Made by a program: the position numbers and the translations under genes. The notes beneath the pieces were generated by a model. The model ran no database searches. It was not told the DNA's origin and worked only from the letters and a program-made list of their open reading frames with translations. 55,489 nucleotides of DNA from a virus: IMG/VR virus record IMGVR_UViG_3300040801_000321, positions 1 through 55,489 of that record; one strand, written 5' to 3'. Every line of letters starts with the position of its first letter. Within the stretch, counting starts at the first letter, position 1. This document shows positions 41,218-49,035 of the stretch, piece by piece.

Positions 41218-41297
41218 GGCTTGTCTCATCGGTGCCGTGGTAGCCGACCACGACAGACACCCAACGTCCCTGTGGGACGGCTTACGGGTGTTTCGAC
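41218..41297 (-). ncRNA. Hammerhead ribozyme-like element, type II topology, core variant (HHR-11)
   Basis: Minus-strand RNA: GUC-GAAAC-ACCC-[GUAAGCC GUCCC-ACA-GGGAC GUU]-GGGU-GUC|UGUCGUGG-UCGGCUA-CCACGGCA-CCGAUGA-GAC-A-AGCC. Core position 4 is C instead of U. Stem III carries an insert that is also found as a repeat at 41489..41512. Confidence 0.6.
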
Positions 41298-41515
41298 ATT
41301 TGGAGTAGATGAATATGACTTATCAGCAGGCAGCGTCTATCATGGCGCATCCCTGTGGGATGACTTATGCCGTTCTGTCGCGACATGGGGCTGTCGCGAA
41401 CTCTGAACATCTGACGGCTTACGTTGTGGAGTTGACCTGCTGTTGTTGGATACCGTTCTGCGGTCTTGCCAAATTTGGAGCTGGTGTTAACGTCCCTGTG
41501 GGACGGCTTACAACA
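41263..41515. repeat. Iteron-like degenerate direct repeats (CCCTGTGGGA-YG-RCTTAY)
   Basis: - Full copies: caacgtccctgtgggacggcttac at 41263..41286 and aacgtccctgtgggacggcttac at 41489..41512.
- Variant: catccctgtgggatgacttatgcc at about 41348..41372.
- Partial copies: acggcttac at 41414..41422 and tgacttatcag at about 41316.
- Also present: tgtcgcga twice, at 41376 and 41391. Confidence 0.6.
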
Positions 41516-41519
41516 GGCA

Positions 41520-41750
41520 CAGCTTCGCCTTTGGCTTCTCAGATTGGGCAACCGCAGGTTCTTGCTCGGTGCCTCCTTGAGCCCCTAGCTTTTCGGGAGT
41601 CCTTCCGGTTAGCGGTCTTGGCTTTCGCCTCACGAGTGGTCCCGGTTGGGCCGAACTCTCCAGTTTCCAGTGCCGCCTCCCGGCGTGATCCCCTTGGGGG
41701 AAACTGGTCGCCACCTCTAGGTCGGTGACTTGGCGGTTTTCTCCCCGCCT
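41520..41750. other. GC-rich, densely self-complementary noncoding segment (candidate structured RNA or origin element)
   Basis: No convincing ORF. Many local helices can be drawn, for example CCAGUUUCC...GGAAACUGG (9 bp) enclosing GCCG-CCUCC-CGGC, as well as GGCGG-UUUUCUCC-CCGCC and GAGU-GGUCCCGGUUGGGCC-GAACUC. The strand is unknown. Confidence 0.3.
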
Positions 41751-41853
41751 GCAGATAGTGTAGGTGATTTGTGAACTAAAGTAAAGGATAGTTTTGCTTT
41801 GATTTTCAACACCTTACAAGCCATTGTTCACTGTTTAGGCCAAAAATCTGTGG

Positions 41854-41884
41854 TTTTTCGGGGTTTTCGGGCACTTTCGGGCAG
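41854..41884. repeat. Three phased TTTCGGG repeats (about 10-11 bp period)
   Basis: The sequence is tttttcgggg ttttcgggcac tttcgggcag, which has helical phasing suggestive of intrinsically bent DNA. It lies between ATTGTTCA (about 41823) and TGAACAAT (about 41899). Confidence 0.5.
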
Positions 41885-41934
41885 AAAGCGTGGCACCTGA
41901 ACAATCCATTTCACAAGGTAATTCCCAGCATATC

Positions 41935-43476
41935 CTAAGATCCAGTGCGTGCAACCCCTATATTTGCAGCATAAAACTGTGCCATGTTGGCTAGGGGATC
42001 GTAAAAGTACTGCCACTGGGGTGTGACTACGTGGAGACGTTCCAGCGCCCGGGTCACAGCGACGTAGAACACGCGATGCTCGTCGTCAGACAATCCATAC
42101 TTCAACGCCAGATACGTCGCACGCGTCACATCAGTCATCACGATCACGTTCTGGCACTCGCCACCTTTGGCGCCATGGATTGTGCTCAGCTCGATGCGTG
42201 GCTTCAATCCTTCCAGCTTCCCGTAACGCTGGTGGACGCGCAGCAGGTACTGTGTCTGCTTCGGCTGGATGCCCCGGAACACGTGGTATGGATTCTCTGG
42301 TAGTTGGATCTGTAAACGCTTCAGGTTGTACTCGCCACTGCGTGTGACGATAAACGGTGGACGCAATCTGCTGAGGTGGAGGAATTGTCGAATCTTCTCT
42401 CCACGCAACGTCTCACCGCGCAGCAACCGGAAGTAAGCATCCACCGCCTGCGCCTCTGCGAGCTGATAGGCTGGACGGTGCCGGAAGATATACGGCAAGC
42501 CCCAAGTCCGCAAGCGACCAATAAAAGACTTCACCATGGGCGTGGTAAAGTTCCGGGACAGCACAAGCCACTCTTGATCTTCGTCATCCCACAACGGCAG
42601 AGACTCGTGACAGTTGTAGAAAATCACATCACCTATCTCCGGGCGAGGATTCCAGTGCTTGTAACGTCTGTTCTCGATCTTGTTGGCGATTGTGAGTGCG
42701 ACTTCCTGTGGCCGAATCGGAACGCGATATGACTGGCCTAGCACTTCGACGTTACCGGGAAGCTGGATGAGACGATTCACATCAGCACCGTTCCATCGGT
42801 AGATTGCTTGGTCATCGTCGCCGGCAACATAGATGCGCGATGCGCTGCGGAAAGAGTTAGCAATCATCTTCCACTGCTGTACCGTCAGATCCTGCGCTTC
42901 GTCAATAATCGCAACATCAACGTCCAGCTCAATATCGCGCCGGTTATATTCAATGATCATGTCGGTGTAGTCGAATATGCCTTGGTCATCTTTGTACTTG
43001 GCATACTCTGCTGCGAAACGCTTCAGACGTATGACGTTGGTCTGAAGGTTCTGCTCCCGGAGGATCGTGCTCATCGGCACTTCCCGGATGCGTGACTGTG
43101 TGTAGATGAACTCTAGCAGATCGTCGCTGGGCTCCTGGGTCCACCGCGACTCCTGCCGGAAGTTGCCTGTGAGACGGAAGCCAGTGCGCTCCTGGAACTC
43201 TTCACGATGGACTCGCGTAAACAACATGTCACGCGAAATGCCGAGTGCCTTGAACGCTGTACTGTGTAGCGTCCGGAAGTATGGCATGTCGATCCGGCGA
43301 ACATTCAGCTGTGACCGCACCCGGGCCACACCCTCATCAACTGCCTTGTTTGTGAACGATACGAACGCGATGCGCTCAGGTGATATGCCCAGCTCCAGCT
43401 CGCGCTGGATGATGTTGAGTAGCCTTGTGGTCTTGCCCGTCCCGGGTGGCCCAAGGATGATATGAATCTCCGGCAC
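41935..43476 (-). CDS. UvrD/Rep-like superfamily 1 DNA helicase
   Basis: Motifs present: Walker A GPPGTGKTT, IIDEAQD, VAGDDDQAIYRWNGA, STIHGAKGGE and YVAVTRALERL. Confidence 0.9.
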   Translation of the reverse strand: MPEIHIILGPPGTGKTTRLLNIIQRELELGISPERIAFVSFTNKAVDEGVARVRSQLNVRRIDMPYFRTLHSTAFKALGISRDMLFTRVHREEFQERTGFRLTGNFRQESRWTQEPSDDLLEFIYTQSRIREVPMSTILREQNLQTNVIRLKRFAAEYAKYKDDQGIFDYTDMIIEYNRRDIELDVDVAIIDEAQDLTVQQWKMIANSFRSASRIYVAGDDDQAIYRWNGADVNRLIQLPGNVEVLGQSYRVPIRPQEVALTIANKIENRRYKHWNPRPEIGDVIFYNCHESLPLWDDEDQEWLVLSRNFTTPMVKSFIGRLRTWGLPYIFRHRPAYQLAEAQAVDAYFRLLRGETLRGEKIRQFLHLSRLRPPFIVTRSGEYNLKRLQIQLPENPYHVFRGIQPKQTQYLLRVHQRYGKLEGLKPRIELSTIHGAKGGECQNVIVMTDVTRATYLALKYGLSDDEHRVFYVAVTRALERLHVVTPQWQYFYDPLANMAQFYAANIGVARTGS

Positions 43477-44957
43477 TAGAATTGCTCCGCGTCATCTTCG
43501 CTCTTGGTGTTGGTGAAGGTTGGTACGCTCCAGATCTCATACTCATCGCCATAGATTGGCTTGCGATGAATCTTTACCACGTCGCGCAACGCCTTGTGTA
43601 TGTCTGCCTTCGTCGCCTTCATGCCACGCTCGCGGTTGTAGGCCTGCAAAAATCGCATCGGCTCAAAGTAAGTATCCGTGCCATTCTTCCAAGCCCCATC
43701 CTCAATCACTTCCTCGATCTGCCTTGCTGGCGCTCTCATAGTACAGAACACCCGCAGGAAGTCTCGAATGGGTGCGCGATGTGATGTGTCTGTTCCCGTC
43801 TCAACAATCTCGGCACGCGCTGCCATATCACTCATCATGATCTCAAACTTTTTCGACGGGATGGTGAGGATGTAGATTGCGCCTTGGTCGATCACCGTCT
43901 TGCGGAATCTTGTCTGGCTTACCATATCCTCACTTGTGATCTCAACGCGCATGCCGTTTACTTCGGCAATATACAGCACAGGATCAACATTCACGCGCAA
44001 TGGGTTCTTGATCTCGATCCCAAGCTCATCCAGCGCAGCGTCCATGCCGATGCCAAAACGTTTCTTCAGGCACTCGTGCCGCTGGCACACTGGCGCGATA
44101 GGCTGCTCACGGCATCTGTAGCTGTACTCTTTCTTGCCGATGTTCTTGATGACTTGCTTGACTTCGCTGTCTGGAAGTGGATCGCCCATATACAGCTGAT
44201 TCATTTCAACCAGCTTGTCTTGGTAATCCTCGCCCCAACGCTTCCGGCAATACACCCCGAGATTAAACAGCCCAAGGTTCCGGGAACCGTCCGGGAAACC
44301 TCCCGCTGCGAGTGTCACGAGACACGGTGGAGCCTCGCGTAGCAGCTCCGGGGATTCGGGCTCAGCCTCTAGATCGTCCGGAAGAACAGCGCAGCTTATA
44401 GCGTGTGCTATAAAGTCCTGTGCGCTGAGTTGCTGCCCGTCCACGATGGCATACTGGACTGTGTCCTTGCCCTCGAAATAAGGCATGTTGATCCAGTTCC
44501 CGGTATCGTCGTCATTGATCAGCCGGTCCTGCTTCGGGAATATCTCCACACCGCCATAGCCCAGCACAGCAGAGTAGTGCGCGAGACGTTCGCGCACCTT
44601 GTTGGCTGCTGCTGGCTTTTTCAAAAACAAGTAGCAGTGAGCACCGCCACTCTTACTCCGGCACAGGACCAAAGGCATCTTGTGCTTTTTAATGGCCTGC
44701 TCTAGCTTCAGCAGGTCCAAGTCATAATCGTCCACATCAATCGCACCAAACACGCACGTCCCGTTCTGGCGTATTGGCACGATGCCTAGAAACTGATCCC
44801 CGGATAAATGACGCTCCCACAATTCAGTTGTTACATCTGACTTGATTGTTCGCCCTTGGCCGGTGCGCTTTTTGCCCTTTACTTCCTTGATCGTGTAAGT
44901 GCCGTATGCGCGCCGAAGTCCGGAGAATAATGTGTCAAACTTCTCAGCCAATGACAT
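43476..44957 (-). CDS. Primase-polymerase (archaeo-eukaryotic primase superfamily)
   Basis: FGAIDVDDYD supplies the DxD metal site and CRSKSGGAHCYLF the sGGxH motif. The start is refined to MSLAEKFDT, preceded by GGAGAAUACCAGAUG. Confidence 0.7.
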   Translation of the reverse strand: MSLAEKFDTLFSGLRRAYGTYTIKEVKGKKRTGQGRTIKSDVTTELWERHLSGDQFLGIVPIRQNGTCVFGAIDVDDYDLDLLKLEQAIKKHKMPLVLCRSKSGGAHCYLFLKKPAAANKVRERLAHYSAVLGYGGVEIFPKQDRLINDDDTGNWINMPYFEGKDTVQYAIVDGQQLSAQDFIAHAISCAVLPDDLEAEPESPELLREAPPCLVTLAAGGFPDGSRNLGLFNLGVYCRKRWGEDYQDKLVEMNQLYMGDPLPDSEVKQVIKNIGKKEYSYRCREQPIAPVCQRHECLKKRFGIGMDAALDELGIEIKNPLRVNVDPVLYIAEVNGMRVEITSEDMVSQTRFRKTVIDQGAIYILTIPSKKFEIMMSDMAARAEIVETGTDTSHRAPIRDFLRVFCTMRAPARQIEEVIEDGAWKNGTDTYFEPMRFLQAYNRERGMKATKADIHKALRDVVKIHRKPIYGDEYEIWSVPTFTNTKSEDDAEQF

Positions 44958-45010
44958 CTGGTATTCTCCAATTCCCACCAACCCACCCTTGATTCGGCTT
45001 GCGCTACTGC

Positions 45011-45805
45011 TTAGAACGCTTCATCATCCTTCGGCTGTTCGCCTGCGAGCACTTCATCCGCACCAGCACGATCCGTGTCGATCTTCCCGGACGTGATGTT
45101 GTTGCGGAATCCCTTGCTGTGGTTGTAAAGCGACGTATCAGCCACCATGCCCTCGCGCTCAATCGCCCAACCGTACCATGTGCCCTTTTCATTGGACTCT
45201 TGGGTTGAGGTCAGCTTGTAGATGTGCGAGAACATTGGCGCCCGGAACTGCCCGTGCGAACCGTTCAGGAAGGTATTATTCATAATCGTCATCCACTGCC
45301 GGGACTTTTTGATCTGCGATGACGTCATGCTGATGAGCGCAGGCTCATACGATCCGTCATCATTGATCACGACCACGTAGTGGTTGCGGTTGTCGTTGAG
45401 CACATTCCCGTTCGGCAGCACGCGTGCCTTGGTCTTGGGATTGATATCACAACGCTCGTACAACTCCAGACCTTGCTCCTGATCGTACTCCGCGACGAAG
45501 CCACCACCCTCATCCCGGGGCACCCACTCCACAAACGTCCGGGTGTAGTGAACCGGGATCACGCGGATGTTGTCATAGCAACGCTTTGTGACGGTGTTGA
45601 TGATCTTGCCGACTTCTGCCCCGGGAATTTTCCCTGACCCGGGCTGGACCGCTGGCGACAGCGGCTGCAGGATTGCGAGAAACGGAATTGCGAAGCTGTC
45701 CTTGGTAGCCTCTTCAAAACCGATCCCGGCGTCAGCTTGGAACTCCATCATCACCTCAGCAGGCAATGCGGTCTTGTCTTCCTTCTGTGCGATCTGCTTA
45801 CTCAT
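45011..45805 (-). CDS. Hypothetical replication-module protein (possible ssDNA-binding or annealing protein)
   Basis: 264 aa with RBS GAGAGGAAAA and an acidic C-terminal tail (EQPKDDEAF), as in SSB-type proteins. The function is not established. Confidence 0.35.
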   Translation of the reverse strand: MSKQIAQKEDKTALPAEVMMEFQADAGIGFEEATKDSFAIPFLAILQPLSPAVQPGSGKIPGAEVGKIINTVTKRCYDNIRVIPVHYTRTFVEWVPRDEGGGFVAEYDQEQGLELYERCDINPKTKARVLPNGNVLNDNRNHYVVVINDDGSYEPALISMTSSQIKKSRQWMTIMNNTFLNGSHGQFRAPMFSHIYKLTSTQESNEKGTWYGWAIEREGMVADTSLYNHSKGFRNNITSGKIDTDRAGADEVLAGEQPKDDEAF

Positions 45806-45813
45806 TTTTCCTC

Positions 45814-46359
45814 TCACTTTATCTTAGCAACGTTACGAACATACACACCAAACAGATCCGGAGGCACAGGCCTGCCGGATTCTGATTGCTCTTTCACAAA
45901 CGCCTTGAGCGTCTGCGGGTGCACCAGAGTCTTGTCTGAAAATTCGTAGCCCTGATCCATCAGGTAATCCGCGAGTGCGGCGGCACGCTCGTCCTCAGAG
46001 CGAGTAAAGTTCATCTGCAGTTGGTGCTTGATCAGATCTGCGAAACCGTTTTTGCGCAGCCACTCAAACGCCTGCTCCTGCAGCTTCCCGGGAATGCTGG
46101 CGTGGTATGTGGTCTCGATGGAAACTTGCGAACCGTCTGCGAGCGAGATTTTCACCATACCCAACTCATTCATCGCTTCCGGCAGCTGATCCTCCACGAC
46201 CACCTTCAGCTGCGCATTGAGTGCTGACAGCTCTTCGGAACGCTGCGCGATTTCAGCCTGCAATTCCCGGGCCTTTCGCGTCAGCTTAGAAACTAGGCTG
46301 AGGTCATCGCCTGATATCTGCTCAATATCAGACTCAAAATCAATCTGTCCAGTCATCAT
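45814..46359 (-). CDS. Hypothetical protein with an N-terminal coiled coil
   Basis: About 181 aa. GGAGG lies just upstream of tandem ATGs. No motif recognised. Confidence 0.5.
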   Translation of the reverse strand: MMTGQIDFESDIEQISGDDLSLVSKLTRKARELQAEIAQRSEELSALNAQLKVVVEDQLPEAMNELGMVKISLADGSQVSIETTYHASIPGKLQEQAFEWLRKNGFADLIKHQLQMNFTRSEDERAAALADYLMDQGYEFSDKTLVHPQTLKAFVKEQSESGRPVPPDLFGVYVRNVAKIK

Positions 46360-46696
46360 TGCCTCCATTAACGTTATATCGAATCGCAGTGTACCTGCGA
46401 GTGTGATGGTCCCACTTCAACAAACGGAACCAGTTCCACCCCATGCTGTGGAGTAGAAACCCTGTTGCTACCATGATAGCAGGATCACCCACAGGCAGGA
46501 TGTAATCCTCTGCTGGGTCGAAGTCCCGCAGCTGCTCGCGCATATTCAGTAGCATCGGCCCAGCAGCATAACTGATAGGCCCATCCGGATTCAGGAACAC
46601 AATGTCCCCATACGCGGTAGCAGGACGAATGTCGAACTTCATCCGGCGCTGGCCGTTATCAAACACCACTGGCTCTTGTGTAACGTACACGGTCAT
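46340..46696 (-). CDS. Hypothetical protein
   Basis: 118-aa ORF with an ATGA overlap onto the SNF2 helicase stop. Confidence 0.55.
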   Translation of the reverse strand: MTVYVTQEPVVFDNGQRRMKFDIRPATAYGDIVFLNPDGPISYAAGPMLLNMREQLRDFDPAEDYILPVGDPAIMVATGFLLHSMGWNWFRLLKWDHHTRRYTAIRYNVNGGNDDWTD

Positions 46697-48156
46697 ATCC
46701 AGTCCCTTAATTTATCGCCGGTGATTGCGTCTGCGATTGACTTTTTACTGCGGAGTGCCGCGACGATCCGGCTGTCCACAGTCCCGCGAGCCTCCATGTC
46801 TGTGTACAGAACATTGTTGCGCTGGCCGATACGGTGCGCACGATCTTCGCTCTGTAGCCTTGCCTCTAGTGAGAAGTCATTGCTGTAATAAATGACGTTG
46901 CTGGCAGCGTGTAGCGTGAGCCCGTAACCTGCGCTGTGTGGCTGGCCAATGAAGAAACGCGATGTGCCCTCTTGGAACCGCAGCAGGCCTGACTGACGAT
47001 CTTCCTGCCTTATCTCGCCCCACCAGCAAGCCACACTCCCCGGGCCATAGTTGTCGATGAGGATGTCACGGATCATCTGCAACTCCGCAACGAAACGCGC
47101 CCAGATGATTATGCTGCCTGATGTTTCCTCGATGAGCTCAAGCATCGACTCAATGCGCGGGTTATCCCCGGGAATGCGCTGCGGCCTACCATCGTCAACC
47201 GGGACAAACCCGCCAATCACCTGCTGTAGCCGCAGCATCCGCACCATGGCTTCCTGTACTGTGAGTGTGTGGCCTGAGTCTAGCTCTGTCACGACTTGCT
47301 TGCGGATCTGATTGTACAGCTTTCGCTGCTCGTCGCTCAGTGAGACGTATCTCCGCTCATATATCTTCTCAGGCAGGTCCAGACACTCAGCCTTCAAAAC
47401 CCGGAAGCTGTGCGGTGCGATCTTCTGCTTCAGCTCATCGATGTTGCGGTATCCCTTGAGGCTTGGATACTCGCGCCCTGTCTTGCGGTTGAGTTTGCGC
47501 TCCCAGACAGCGTAGTGATTCTTGTAGGTGAAGAAACTCTTGTGCCCAAGAATATCCGGAGACAGAAACCCAAACTGTGAGTACAGATCGAGTGGGCCTT
47601 GCGTGATGGGCGTACCGGTAAGGATGGCGCGGCACTCCGCGAGTCTGCCTAGCCGCGCAATGTTCTTTGTGCGCGCTGCCCCGGGCGACTTGATGCGACT
47701 CGATTCATCAACCACCATGTGGCAGTTCGTGCTATTTAGAAAGTGCTCTGCGAACTTGGTGCCCTTTCCTTGCTTGATCTGAAAGGCTTCAATGTTCATT
47801 GCGATGATGCGGAGTCCTGCGAACTCAGGATCAAGCACCTCATTAACCGCAGCCAGCTCGTCTTTCTTCATCGCGCTATACCAAGACGCAGCGCGATAGC
47901 TCACCCACTCCGGCATGTGCGTTGGAATCTCGTTGATGATCCAATTCTCGTGCACCCCGTTAGGCGCGACGATTAGCAAAGCGTCAATGAATCCCTCAGA
48001 CCACAAGTATGCGGTCTTGTCGATAATCATTTTGGATTTGCCTGTGCCTTGCTCGCACAGGTATGCGAAGAAACGCTTGCGCCTGCCGAGTTCAAATGCC
48101 TTGGCTTGATGCGCGAACGGGGTGTGCTTGAACTTGAAGTCCTGCTTCTCTATCAC
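46693..48156 (-). CDS. SNF2/DEAD-like superfamily 2 helicase
   Basis: FAHQAKAF, Walker A CEQGTGKS, motif II VVDESSRIK and C-terminal helicase motifs (QSEDRAHRIGQ). GTG start with no clear SD. Confidence 0.85.
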   Translation of the reverse strand: MIEKQDFKFKHTPFAHQAKAFELGRRKRFFAYLCEQGTGKSKMIIDKTAYLWSEGFIDALLIVAPNGVHENWIINEIPTHMPEWVSYRAASWYSAMKKDELAAVNEVLDPEFAGLRIIAMNIEAFQIKQGKGTKFAEHFLNSTNCHMVVDESSRIKSPGAARTKNIARLGRLAECRAILTGTPITQGPLDLYSQFGFLSPDILGHKSFFTYKNHYAVWERKLNRKTGREYPSLKGYRNIDELKQKIAPHSFRVLKAECLDLPEKIYERRYVSLSDEQRKLYNQIRKQVVTELDSGHTLTVQEAMVRMLRLQQVIGGFVPVDDGRPQRIPGDNPRIESMLELIEETSGSIIIWARFVAELQMIRDILIDNYGPGSVACWWGEIRQEDRQSGLLRFQEGTSRFFIGQPHSAGYGLTLHAASNVIYYSNDFSLEARLQSEDRAHRIGQRNNVLYTDMEARGTVDSRIVAALRSKKSIADAITGDKLRDWI

Positions 48157-48445
48157 GTCAAATATACCGTTATCAGGGGACGTTCCCGGCGAGTATACGG
48201 ATCGAAACTGAGAAGAAAACTGTATGCGCGTGGAGACATAACGCGACTTTAGTTTCAGGGTTTGACGGAAACTAAACCCGGAAACAGTTTTGTCAGTGTG
48301 AACTATCCTCGATGCATGTTAACATTTTTTCAGCTTCAACCGGGACAGTAACTTAGCTGGATCCGTTATATTTTCGGATTCCGATAGTTGATAACTGTCC
48401 TCGATTTTAGGCATCATGTTTTTTCCCTTAATATTACCGATCCAT

Positions 48446-48483
48446 CCCTAGCCCCTACCCCTACCCCTACCCCTAGCCCCTAC
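48446..48483 (-). repeat. (TAGGGG)n / CTAGGGG tract: strong G-quadruplex motif on the minus strand
   Basis: The plus strand reads ccctagcccctacccctacccctacccctagcccctac, which gives five GGGG runs and one GGG run on the minus strand. It sits in the 435-bp intergenic region between the end of the late operon and the start of the replication operon. Confidence 0.9.
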
Positions 48484-48591
48484 AATTTACAGCATAGCCT
48501 TTCTCCGGGACGCTGCGACGGACCCTGTAGGGGTGGATAGGTCTCAACACGTTCGTTGTGCCTGCGATTTTAGGCATGGATCTAGACACAT

Positions 48592-49035
48592 TCAAGGGTC
48601 AACTCTTCGGTCCACCAGCTCGAAATGTGGCAGGTCATCGAAGTCTTGGTCATACACATCGCCATCCATGTCCCAATCCCCGCCCCAACGCACCGGGATA
48701 TTGAGCTCACGCGCAGTCGCCAGAACTATTCCCGCCAACCTGTAGAAGTTTCCAATTGCTTTTACCCGGTGGGGGTCGCCCGGGTTGCCCCATCGTATGG
48801 GATATGGAACTAGGTCTACAGCGTTGGCGGGAACAGAATTGTGTTTCGACTTCGGCCACTCAACCTTGCTCGCCCCGAGAGCGAAGGCAGCATCTTGCTC
48901 TTCCTTGCTGCGGTGGCCTTGTGTGACGGAAAAGTCCATCAGCTGTTTGTCCATGACGGCTTGTGCGAGGATCTGCAACCTTGTGTCAGCAGTCGCGAGA
49001 CGCATGAGGCTGGTGTTACCGAAACGAAACATCAC
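48592..49035 (-). CDS. Endolysin, M15-family L-alanyl-D-glutamate peptidase (T5 Lys-like)
   Basis: FRFGNTSL...DFSVTQGHRSKEEQ...SKHNSVPANAVDLVPY...RWGGDWDMDGD...DLPHFELV gives the H/D/H zinc ligand layout of VanY/M15C endolysins. Confidence 0.85.
   Translation of the reverse strand: MMFRFGNTSLMRLATADTRLQILAQAVMDKQLMDFSVTQGHRSKEEQDAAFALGASKVEWPKSKHNSVPANAVDLVPYPIRWGNPGDPHRVKAIGNFYRLAGIVLATARELNIPVRWGGDWDMDGDVYDQDFDDLPHFELVDRRVDP

Noticed and set aside
36400-41300. A regularly spaced repeat array that a repeat finder might flag as CRISPR
   Set aside because: The repeats are 63-80 nt, not 28-37 nt. They are imperfect in a way that preserves helices. The so-called spacers are 200-590 nt and are protein-coding with their own RBS. 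No cas genes are present. The hammerhead interpretation explains every conserved position.
41309-41728. 139-aa plus-strand ORF in the noncoding region. It would be the only plus-strand gene, and a GGAG lies upstream
   Set aside because: The composition is low-complexity (A/G/P/L/V/S-rich). Its internal repeats mirror the DNA iterons, its GC-rich 3' half is better explained by RNA or DNA structure, and there is no recognisable domain. It is kept only as a remote possibility.
41850-41934. A possible intrinsic terminator after the helicase gene (CGCUUUC-UGCCC-GAAAGUG)
   Set aside because: The 7-bp stem includes a G-U pair and is followed by CCCGAAAACCCCGAAAAACC rather than a U-tract. The sequence is better described as three direct TTTCGGG repeats.
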